Source: an uncultured Clostridium sp. (GTDB taxonomy: Bacteria; Bacillota; Clostridia; TANB77; CAG-508). Taken from it: 64,000 nucleotides of DNA. How positions within the stretch are numbered: the stretch's first letter is position 1; each line of letters opens with the position of its first letter. Shown in pieces: positions 30,579-41,278 of this stretch. The stretch covers positions 780 to 64,779 of the forward strand of contig CATZPY010000001.1 in the NCBI GenBank assembly GCA_958422985.1, written 5' to 3'. The notes under the pieces were generated by a model, which had not been told where the DNA came from, did not search any database, and saw nothing but the letters and a program-made list of their open reading frames with translations. The position numbers and the translations under genes are program-made.

Positions 30579-30593
30579 AAGGAGGTATATTTC

Positions 30594-30983
30594 ATGGTAA
30601 TAGCACTAAATTTTATTTTTGATATTATAGTAGCAATTTTAGTATACGAATATTTTAAAAGAAATAAAGAAACAGAAGCATTTGCAGCTGCAGTTATTAT
30701 AAAAGTTGCATATTATTTATCATCAACAATAATTATGGGGCAATTTAATTTTATAGGACTAATAATATATACATTAGTAATGATTTGTGTAGCTAGATTA
30801 TACATAATAATTGCAAAAGAAATACACAAAAGAAAATTACACCCAGCATTATTTATAGTTATTGTAGCTTTAATAGGAACATTAATAATGTCTTTTATAG
30901 GTGAAATTTTATATACATTATTATTTAAACTAGTAACTTTATTTTCAGCTACATTACAATATTCATTAGATAAAATTTCGTAA
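30594..30983 (+). CDS. Hypothetical small polytopic membrane protein
   Basis: RBS AAGGAGG. 129 aa with about 4 TM helices. Closely follows the previous gene. Confidence 0.6.
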   Translation: MVIALNFIFDIIVAILVYEYFKRNKETEAFAAAVIIKVAYYLSSTIIMGQFNFIGLIIYTLVMICVARLYIIIAKEIHKRKLHPALFIVIVALIGTLIMSFIGEILYTLLFKLVTLFSATLQYSLDKIS

Positions 30984-31037
30984 ATACTTGAACAAGAAAA
31001 AATAGTATGATAGAATGAAGAAAATTAATTAAGATAT

Positions 31038-31092
31038 GAGAGATTAAAAAAAAACCGATTTTGGCGATTTTTTTAATCTCTCTTTTGTTTTT
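31038..31092 (+). promoter_or_regulatory. pyrG leader terminator/attenuator
   Basis: 15-bp stem gagagattaaaaaaa/tttttttaatctctc followed by ttttgttttt, about 20 nt before the pyrG RBS. A promoter-like TTGAAC...TGATAGAAT lies upstream (about 30988-31018). Confidence 0.65.
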
Positions 31093-31109
31093 GGAAAGGA
31101 GATAATAAT

Positions 31110-32729
31110 ATGAATACTAAGTATATTTTTGTAACAGGGGGAGTTGTTTCTGGTTTAGGAAAAGGAATAACAGCAGCTTCGTTAGGAAGACTATTAAAAA
31201 ATAGAGGGTATAAAGTAACAATACAGAAATTTGATCCATATTTAAATGTTGACCCAGGTACAATGAGCCCATATGAACATGGAGAAGTATTTGTTACAGA
31301 TGATGGAGCAGAAACAGATTTAGATTTAGGACACTATGAAAGATTTATAGATGAAAATTTAAGCAAAGATTCTAGTATAACAATGGGAAAAATATATTTA
31401 GAAGTGTTAGAAAAAGAAAGAGAAGGAGAATATTTGGGAAAGACAGTACAAGTAATACCACATGTTACAAATAAAATAAAGGAAAAAATATACAGTTTCG
31501 AAGATACGGATACAGATATAGTAATTACAGAAATAGGTGGAACAGTTGGAGATATAGAAGGTCTTTCAATAATAGAAGCGATTAGACAAGTTGGACTAGA
31601 AAAGAACCCTGAAGATGTATTATATATTCATGTAACTTTACTCCCATATATAACAGGGTCAAACGAAATAAAGTCAAAACCAACTCAACACTCTGTTAAA
31701 GAATTGCAATCATATGGGATAAAACCAAATATATTAGTTTGTAGAAGTGAAATAGATATTCCAGATTCTATAAGAGAAAAGTTAGCCTTATTCTGCAATG
31801 TAAGAAAAGAAAATGTTATAGAAAACAAAACTGTAAAATGTTTATATGAAGTACCACTTATGCTAGAAAGAGAAGGTCTAGGAAGGGCAGTATGTAATTT
31901 ATTAAGATTGGATAATTATGTTCCAAACAATACAGAGTGGCAAAAAATGATAGACAAAATAGAACATATAGATGGCAAAGATGTAAATGTAGCAATAGTT
32001 GGAAAGTATACAAAGCTAGAAGACTCATATATATCTGTAATAGAAAGTTTAACACACGCAGGATATGCAAATAATGTAAAAGTAAAAATAGATTTAATAG
32101 ATTCAGAAATGATAAATGAAGAAAATGTAGGGGATAAGTTAAAAAAATATAATGGAATAGTAGTACCAGGAGGATTTGGAAATAGAGGAATAGAAGGAAT
32201 GATTGCAACAATAAAATATGCAAGGGAAAATAATATTCCGTTTTTGGGTATATGCTTAGGAATGCAAATGACAGTAGTAGAATTTGCAAGAAATGTACTA
32301 AAACTAGATGATGTTAATTCTGAAGAATTTGAAGAAAATGCTAGAAATAAAGTTATACATATAATGGATGAACAAAAAGATATAACTAAAAAAGGTGGAA
32401 CAATGAGATTAGGTTCATATCCTTGTGTATTAAAAGAAAATACCAAAGTAAGAGAATTATATAGAAAAGAAAATATACTAGAAAGACATAGACACCGTTT
32501 TGAATATAATAATAAATATAAGGAAGAATTAGAAAAAGCAGGATTAATATGTTCTGGAGTTTCTCCAAATGGAAAATTAATAGAAATTGTAGAATATAAA
32601 AATCATCCATTTTTTGTTGGAGTACAATTTCATCCGGAATTAAAGTCAAGACCCAATAGACCTGCACCAGTATTTGTACGGACTAATAAAAGCAGTAAAA
32701 GAAAAATAAAAATAGTTCTAAAAATATAA
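31110..32729 (+). CDS. pyrG: CTP synthase
   Basis: [20 protein letters not shown]-terminus. GATase domain shows LGICLGMQ and FHPE. The last roughly 17 codons look out of frame (see findings). Confidence 0.95.
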   Translation: MNTKYIFVTGGVVSGLGKGITAASLGRLLKNRGYKVTIQKFDPYLNVDPGTMSPYEHGEVFVTDDGAETDLDLGHYERFIDENLSKDSSITMGKIYLEVLEKEREGEYLGKTVQVIPHVTNKIKEKIYSFEDTDTDIVITEIGGTVGDIEGLSIIEAIRQVGLEKNPEDVLYIHVTLLPYITGSNEIKSKPTQHSVKELQSYGIKPNILVCRSEIDIPDSIREKLALFCNVRKENVIENKTVKCLYEVPLMLEREGLGRAVCNLLRLDNYVPNNTEWQKMIDKIEHIDGKDVNVAIVGKYTKLEDSYISVIESLTHAGYANNVKVKIDLIDSEMINEENVGDKLKKYNGIVVPGGFGNRGIEGMIATIKYARENNIPFLGICLGMQMTVVEFARNVLKLDDVNSEEFEENARNKVIHIMDEQKDITKKGGTMRLGSYPCVLKENTKVRELYRKENILERHRHRFEYNNKYKEELEKAGLICSGVSPNGKLIEIVEYKNHPFFVGVQFHPELKSRPNRPAPVFVRTNKSSKRKIKIVLKI

Positions 32730-32791
32730 ATATACTAATAAAATTAATAATGAAATCCAAAGTTAGGAGTAATGTGAATTTTATGTGAAAA

Positions 32792-32818
32792 TTAGCAAAC
32801 TGACTTGACAATTGCTAA
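32792..32818 (+). promoter_or_regulatory. Degenerate CIRCE-like inverted repeat overlapping the groES -35
   Basis: TTAGCAAAC-N9-AATTGCTAA. TTGACA at 32805-32810 lies inside the spacer. Confidence 0.4.
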
Positions 32819-32834
32819 TAAAAGGTATAAATTA

Positions 32835-32861
32835 TTAGCAGTCACAAACAAAGAGTGCTAA
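32835..32861 (+). promoter_or_regulatory. CIRCE operator (HrcA binding site)
   Basis: TTAGCAGTC-N9-GAGTGCTAA, against the consensus TTAGCACTC-N9-GAGTGCTAA. About 25 nt before groES. Confidence 0.88.
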
Positions 32862-32887
32862 TAATCATATATAGGAGGTAATGTGTA

Positions 32888-34902
<2,015 letters not shown>

Positions 34903-35007
34903 TATTAGGAAATTTGAACACGTTGAAAAACAAATAAAAATATGATATTATGTAAAGAGTAACTTGTAAACTTAACTAATGCTAGAATTTAGCAGAAAGG
35001 AAAAACT

Positions 35008-35724
35008 ATGAACAAGAAAACAAAAGAAATTATGCAAAGGGAACTTTTACAGGCAAAAGTGGACTCAGCAATTTATGAGGAACTGAAAGCTTCATGGCGA
35101 GAAGAGCAAAACAACTTTTTAGAATCTTTAAAAGATTGGAGAAGACCACAAGATAACCTAGAAACAAGTTCAGATATCATGGAACTTGTAGAGGGCTTAC
35201 CTATCCAACAATATTATACAGAAGTACCATTTAGAGATGAAAACAAAGATGATTATATCTCAACAGTCGCTAGTAGCGGTTGTGCTATTCTTATAGCAAA
35301 GTTCATTGAAAGATACTTTGCATTGGAAAAAGATATGCTAGTATCAGAACTAGCTAGAATGGCAGTGAAATATGGTTACCGAGGTTATAAGAAGGAAGCT
35401 GATGGTACTTGGAGAAAGATGGGTATGATGCACATCTGGTTTGACAAGTTCGTTCCAAGATTTTACAACTTAAAAAGTGCTAGACTTGAAAGTATTAAAG
35501 ATGTTGAAAAAGCACTTTTGGCAGGAGAATTACCAGTATTGCTGGTTAAGAATTCTGTATATAAAAATGACCCAGAGAATGCTGATTCACATTTTATTGT
35601 GGTGTTAGGATTTACCAAAGAAGGATATCAGTTGTATGATCCAGAAAAGGTAGAGGTTATCACCTATGAATTTGAAAAACTGCATCAGGCAATAAGAACT
35701 GGTTGGATAATTTCAAAAGAGTAA
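35008..35724 (+). CDS. Orphan cytoplasmic C39-like (papain-fold) cysteine peptidase
   Basis: Candidate Q/C/H/D residues: IQQYY, SSGCAILIAKF, DSHFIVVLGF, LYDP. No signal peptide or TM. Codon usage differs visibly from the neighbouring genes. Confidence 0.65.
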   Translation: MNKKTKEIMQRELLQAKVDSAIYEELKASWREEQNNFLESLKDWRRPQDNLETSSDIMELVEGLPIQQYYTEVPFRDENKDDYISTVASSGCAILIAKFIERYFALEKDMLVSELARMAVKYGYRGYKKEADGTWRKMGMMHIWFDKFVPRFYNLKSARLESIKDVEKALLAGELPVLLVKNSVYKNDPENADSHFIVVLGFTKEGYQLYDPEKVEVITYEFEKLHQAIRTGWIISKE

Positions 35725-35726
35725 GT

Positions 35727-35772
35727 AAAAAACAACTAGACTAGGAGAAATCTCCTAGTCTAGTTGTTTTGG
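35727..35772. terminator. Bidirectional terminator shared by the peptidase and the peptide genes
   Basis: About 18-bp perfect stem aacaactagactaggaga/tctcctagtctagttgtt, flanked by an A-run and a T-run. Confidence 0.85.
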
Positions 35773-35785
35773 GTTTATGTTTTAA

Positions 35786-35908
35786 CTAACAACATCCGTT
35801 TCTTCTATTTCCACCACAACAACAGAATATTAGTATTAATAATATTATCCAAGTGCAACAATCATCACCAAAACCAAAACCACATCCACAACCTCTATTT
35901 TCTGGCAT
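35786..35908 (-). CDS. Cys-rich tiny TM peptide P1 (40 aa); not in the ORF track
   Basis: My own translation: MPENRGCGCGFGFGDDCCTWIILLILIFCCCGGNRRNGCC. RBS AAAGGAGGG lies 6 nt before the ATG. Stop codon is TAG. Confidence 0.7.
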   Translation of the reverse strand: MPENRGCGCGFGFGDDCCTWIILLILIFCCCGGNRRNGCC

Positions 35909-35982
35909 ATAAATCCCTCCTTTCATATTCTTTTATTAAGAATATAAGTATGACTGCATAAAATCTTAATTACAGTATACAA

Positions 35983-36105
35983 TTAGCAACCACATGGGTC
36001 ACAAGGTGCGTCACATCCACATCCAGAGTTTCTACTATTTCCACATCCACAGAAAAGTATTAAGAAAAGAATGATGAACCATAATAAGTCATTATTACAA
36101 CACAT
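35983..36105 (-). CDS. Cys-rich tiny TM peptide P2 (40 aa); not in the ORF track
   Basis: My own translation: MCCNNDLLWFIILFLILFCGCGNSRNSGCGCDAPCDPCGC. RBS AAGGGAGG lies 8 nt before the ATG. Stop codon is TAA. Confidence 0.7.
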   Translation of the reverse strand: MCCNNDLLWFIILFLILFCGCGNSRNSGCGCDAPCDPCGC

Positions 36106-36250
36106 AAATATAACCTCCCTTTTCTTTTTTAAACCTAAGTTCTTTTTCTTAGTATGATATATCTTATTCGAAATATATCTATTGTGTTACTAAAAAAATA
36201 ATGATATAATTTTTGGCAATGGTAGTGTAATAGAAAAGGAGAAAATATAT

Positions 36251-38365
36251 ATGGGAAATATAGTTTTATTAGACGAATTAACAATAAATAAAATAGCAGC
36301 AGGTGAAGTTATAGAAAGACCAGCATCTGTAGTAAAAGAAATGGTAGAAAATTCAATAGATGCAGGAGCAACAGCTATAACAGTAGAAATAAAAAATGGT
36401 GGAATATCTTTTATAAGAATAACAGATAATGGTAAAGGTATTGCAAAAGACGATACAGAAATTGCATTCGAAAGACATGCAACGAGTAAAATAAGACAAG
36501 CTAGCGATATAGAGCTAATACACTCTATGGGGTTTAGAGGAGAAGCATTAGCAAGTATTTCGGCAGTAGCAAATGTAGAGTTAATAACAAAAACAGAAAA
36601 TGATGAAATCGGAACAAGAGTTGTTGTAGAAGCAGGAAAAATATTAGAACAAGAAGAAATTGGATGCAAAAAAGGAACATCTATAACAGTAAAAAATCTA
36701 TTTTTTAATACACCTGTAAGGTATAAATTCTTAAAGAAAGACTTTACAGAGTCAGGATATATAGAAGATGCAATAACAAGACTTGCATTAGTAAATCCTA
36801 ATATAGCATTTAAATTAATAAATACAGGAAAGGTTATAATACAAACTAATGGAAATGGAAATATACAAGATGTTATATATGGCATTTATGGCAAAAATGT
36901 TGCAGAAAATATATTAAATGTTGATTATACATATGAAGATATTCATATTACAGGGGTTATAGGAAAACCAGAAATAGCAAGGTCAAATAGATCAAATCAA
37001 TTATTTTTTGTAAATAAAAGATATGTAAAAGATAAAACTTTATCTGGAGCAATAGAAAAAGGATTTAAAGGACTGCTTACAATAGGTAAGTATGCATTTT
37101 CAATATTAAATATAGATATGGATCCTTCAAAAGTAGATGTAAATGTACATCCTGCAAAATTAGAAGTAAGATTTTCAGATGAACCTAAAATGTTTAAATC
37201 TGTATATCATGCTGTAAATGATACATTATTAAAAAATGATTTAATAAAAAATTCTGAAACAGAAGAGACAAATACAGGTGTAACAAGTTCAATATTTGGA
37301 AATAGAAGTAGTGTCGAAAAAGAAATTCAAAATAATAGATTTAATAGTTTGTTAGAATTACAAAGAAAAATAAAAGAAGATTTAGAAAAAACTAAAAAAG
37401 ATATAAATTATAATCCATTTAATAATAATGAAGTTATTAACGAAGATAAGAATGTAGAAGAGCCTAAATTTGGAGAGAATAATACACTAAATAATTCAGT
37501 AGAAACACAAGAAAATTCAGAAAAAATCGAAGCAGTAGAAGAAGTAAAAGAAGAACCAAAATTAGATATAAAAGAATTAGAAGAAGCTAGTAAAGAAATA
37601 GATAAACAAATAGAGAATTTAGCAAATGACAATATAAAAGAAAATCCAAAAAAAGAAAGTTTTGACGAAATGTACTTTAAAATTTTTGGAGCAAAGCCAC
37701 CAAAGGTAGAAGATGAAGAAGTACAAACAATTACAAAAGAAGATAACACAACCTTATTTGACAATGAAGAAGAAGATTACAAGTATAAAACACAATATAA
37801 ATTTATAGGAATTGTATTTAATACATATATAATTTTCGAAATGGATAATGAAATGTACATTATGGACCAACATGCAGCACATGAAAGAATTATGTACGAA
37901 AAAGTGAAAAAGAATTTTTATGCAGAAGAAGAAAAAGATTCTCAACTAATGATTTTACCAGACATAATAACTTTAACACATAAAGAAATGGATATTGCAA
38001 GAGAAAATATGGAATTATTTAAAAAAGCAGGATTTATTATAGAAGAATTTGGCGATAATACAATAAAAATTTCTGGAACACCAAGTATTTGTTTAGATTT
38101 AAACACAAGAGATTTATTTTTAGAAACACTGGATGAAATAAATTCTGTTGCAAGAACAGCAAAACAAGAAATAGAAAATAAATTTTTAGCAACAATAGCA
38201 TGTAAAGCTGCTGTAAAGGCACATATGGTTTTAGCAAAAGAAGAAGTAGAAAGTTTAATGGATGAACTATTAAAATTAACAAATCCATTTACTTGTCCAC
38301 ATGGTAGACCAACAGTTATAAAAATGTCTAAATACGAAATAGAAAGAAAATTTGAAAGAAAATAA
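36251..38365 (+). CDS. mutL: DNA mismatch repair protein MutL
   Basis: GHKL ATPase N-terminus ([28 protein letters not shown] type), a long acidic linker, and a C-terminal endonuclease region ending in CPHGRP. Confidence 0.96.
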   Translation: [704 protein letters not shown]

Positions 38366-38366
38366 G

Positions 38367-39323
38367 ATGGAGGAAAAAGTGGGAGAAGAAGTGTCAAAAA
38401 AAGATGTTATAGTAATAGGAGGACCAACAGCTTCTGGAAAAACAGGATTATCTATAGAACTTGCAAAAAAAGTAAATGGTCAAATAGTTTCTGCAGATTC
38501 TATGCAAATATATAAAGAAATGGATATAGGAACAGCAAAAGTTACAAAAGAAGAAATGCAAGGAATAAAACATTATATGATTGATATTATTTCTCCAAAT
38601 GAAAGATATTCTGTTGCAGAGTTTAAACTTAATGCAGAAAATGCAATAGAAGAAATTTTAAATAATGGTTATACACCAATAGTTGTTGGAGGAACTGGAT
38701 TATATATAAATAGTTTAATTTATAATATAAATTATCCACAATTAGAATTTGACAAAAAATATAGAGAATATTTGGAAGAACAAGTTGAAAATATTGGATT
38801 AGAAAAATTATATGAACAAGCCAAAAAAATAGATGAAGAAGCATGTTTAAAAATTAGTCCGAATGATCAAAAAAGAATATTAAGAATTTTAGAAATATAT
38901 AATCAAACAGGAAAAACAAAAACAGAATTAGAAAAGATTTCTAGACAAGAACCTCCAAAATATAATTACAAAGTATTTGCGATAGATTATGAAAGAAGCA
39001 AGTTATATGATAGGATAAACTATAGAGTAGAGAAAATGCTAAAAGAAGGCTTAATAGAAGAAGTTGAGAATATAAAAAATAAATATAAAGAATTTCCAAC
39101 AGCAATGCAAGGTTTAGGATATAAAGAAGTTGTAGATTACATAGAAAAAAGATGTTCATACGAAGAAATGGTAGAAAAAATTAAACAAGAAACCAGAAGA
39201 TATGCTAAAAGACAAGTTACATGGTTTAAAGGTATAAAAGAATTAACTTGGTTAGACGCAAAAGCACTAAATGATAAAAACATAGAACTTATCTTGGAGG
39301 AGATAAATTTGAAGAAAAGATAA
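38367..39323 (+). CDS. miaA: tRNA dimethylallyltransferase MiaA (start uncertain: ATG 38367, GTG 38379 or GTG 38391)
   Basis: IGGPTASGKT P-loop and SADSMQIYKEMDIGTAK motif. GGAGG at 38369-38373 favours the GTG at 38379. Confidence 0.92.
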   Translation: MEEKVGEEVSKKDVIVIGGPTASGKTGLSIELAKKVNGQIVSADSMQIYKEMDIGTAKVTKEEMQGIKHYMIDIISPNERYSVAEFKLNAENAIEEILNNGYTPIVVGGTGLYINSLIYNINYPQLEFDKKYREYLEEQVENIGLEKLYEQAKKIDEEACLKISPNDQKRILRILEIYNQTGKTKTELEKISRQEPPKYNYKVFAIDYERSKLYDRINYRVEKMLKEGLIEEVENIKNKYKEFPTAMQGLGYKEVVDYIEKRCSYEEMVEKIKQETRRYAKRQVTWFKGIKELTWLDAKALNDKNIELILEEINLKKR

Positions 39324-39538
39324 AAAATAGGAAGAAGAAAAATAAAATAAAAATAGTTTTAATAAGTATACTATTTATAGCAGTTATAATTTATGCAATA
39401 TATACAGCATGGCAACTATTTGCAAATCCAACAGATGTATTTTTAGTAGAACAAGGCTCAATTTCTGAAGAAATAAAAGCAGAAGGATATGTTATAAGAA
39501 ACGAAAAAAAGATACAAGGAAATAATTACAAAAATGGA

Positions 39539-40561
39539 ATGGTACAAATAAAAACAGAAAGAGAAAAGTGCGCAAAAGATGAGAATGTCTTTAGATATTA
39601 TTCCAAAGGAGAAGAGGAACTTGTAAACAAAATACATGAGTTAGATGAAAAAATTGACGAGGCACAAAAAAATAGTAAAGCAATGGTATACCCTGGCGAT
39701 ATAAAATTATTGGAAAAAGAAATAGAATTAAGATTATTAGAAATTTCCAAAAACAATAATATACAAAAAATTACCGAATATAAAAGAGAAATAGAAAACT
39801 ATATTAAGAAGAAAACAAATATTATAGGAGAAAATAGTGAAGCAGGGTCATATTTAAATAATTTAATACAGGAGAGAAAAAAATATGAGAGCCAGTTAAA
39901 CTCTGGTAGTGAATATATAAAAGCACCAATGAGTGGAGTAGTATCATATAAAGTAGACGATTTAGAAGAAGTGCTAACACCAAATGACTTTAGTAGTTAT
40001 AATAGATCATTTTTTGAAAACTTGAATTTAAAAACAGGACAAACAATAGCAACAAATACAGAATGTGGTAAAATAGTAAACAATTATGAATGTTTTATTG
40101 CTACTATAATAAAAAAGAACCAGTTACATGATATAAAACAAGGAAGCAAGTTAGATTTACGTCTGTCTAATGGAGATGAAATTCCAGGACGAGTAGAATA
40201 TATTATGGAACAAACCAATGATGATGTTTTAGTAGTATTTAAAATTAATAAAGATGTAGAGAAGTTAATTGGAAGTAGAAAAATTTCTTTCGATATTATA
40301 TTTTGGCAATATTCGGGCTATAAAGTACCTAATACAGCGATTATAAAAGAGAACGATTTATCATATGTTGTTAGAAATAGAGCGGGATATTTAAATAAAG
40401 TTTTAATAAAAGTAAAAAAAGAAAATGATACATATTCTATAATAGATAATTATACTTCGGATGAATTAAAAGAAATGGGGTATAATCCTTCAGAATTAAA
40501 CGTTAGCACTAAAATAAATATGTATGATGAAATTCAAGCAATAGCAAATAGGAAAAAATAA
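39539..40561 (+). CDS. HlyD-like (membrane-fusion / barrel-sandwich) protein; the true N-terminus is probably upstream
   Basis: Coiled-coil segment plus a beta-barrel region. The same frame is open from 39278 and encodes a TM helix (VLISILFIAVIIYAIYTAWQLF), but has no in-frame ATG, GTG or TTG. Confidence 0.7.
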   Translation: MVQIKTEREKCAKDENVFRYYSKGEEELVNKIHELDEKIDEAQKNSKAMVYPGDIKLLEKEIELRLLEISKNNNIQKITEYKREIENYIKKKTNIIGENSEAGSYLNNLIQERKKYESQLNSGSEYIKAPMSGVVSYKVDDLEEVLTPNDFSSYNRSFFENLNLKTGQTIATNTECGKIVNNYECFIATIIKKNQLHDIKQGSKLDLRLSNGDEIPGRVEYIMEQTNDDVLVVFKINKDVEKLIGSRKISFDIIFWQYSGYKVPNTAIIKENDLSYVVRNRAGYLNKVLIKVKKENDTYSIIDNYTSDELKEMGYNPSELNVSTKINMYDEIQAIANRKK

Positions 40562-40691
40562 CAATATTACAGTAGTATTACAAAAATGTTAAAAAGAAAT
40601 TACAAAAATAAAAAACTATTGACAATAATAAAAAAAAGTTAGATACTATATGCAAATACCAACAAAGGAGAAATATTAGGAGGTTTTTTTA

Positions 40692-41198
40692 ATGGCAGGA
40701 GCTATAATGAACAAAGTATGGGACTTATTTGGAATGGATACAGAAAGAGAAGCAGAAGAAATAGATGAAAAAACATATGATAACAATGAATATGATACAT
40801 ATGATGGGTATGATGAAGAAGAAAATGATGATATAGAAGATAGAAGAATATTTGGTAAAAAAAGTAAAGAGAAAGTGGTATCTATGCCACAAACTCAACA
40901 AATAAAAATGGTAATTTCACAACCTACAACATTTGACCAATCAGAAGAAATATGTGAATTCCTTAAAGAAAAGAAATCAGTAATTGTAAATTTAGAATAT
41001 GTAAATAAAGATGTAGCAAGAAGAATAGTAGATTTTATTAGTGGAGGAGTTTTTGCACTAGACGGACACATACAAAAAGTTTCTAATTCAATCTTCTTAA
41101 TAGCACCTTATAATTACGAAATTACAAATGAAATGGCAAGAGAAGAAATTTCAAACAAATTATCTGTATCTTGGCTTAAAAATACTACAAAAAATTAA
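40692..41198 (+). CDS. sepF: Cell division protein SepF
   Basis: An acidic linker, then a DUF552 core (VVSMPQ...VIVNLEYVNKDVARRIVDFISGGVFALDGHIQKV). Confidence 0.88.
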   Translation: MAGAIMNKVWDLFGMDTEREAEEIDEKTYDNNEYDTYDGYDEEENDDIEDRRIFGKKSKEKVVSMPQTQQIKMVISQPTTFDQSEEICEFLKEKKSVIVNLEYVNKDVARRIVDFISGGVFALDGHIQKVSNSIFLIAPYNYEITNEMAREEISNKLSVSWLKNTTKN

Positions 41199-41278
41199 TT
41201 TTGAATAATTTAATATAAGCACGTAAATCGTGCTTATATTAAGGTTGGAATAATATAAAGTAAAAGGAGGCATGTGGC

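Noticed and set aside
35764-35961. 65-aa + strand ORF (MFWVYVLTNN...).
   Set aside because: It starts inside the bidirectional terminator, has no RBS, and is the antisense shadow of the Cys-rich peptide gene P1, which has a consensus RBS.
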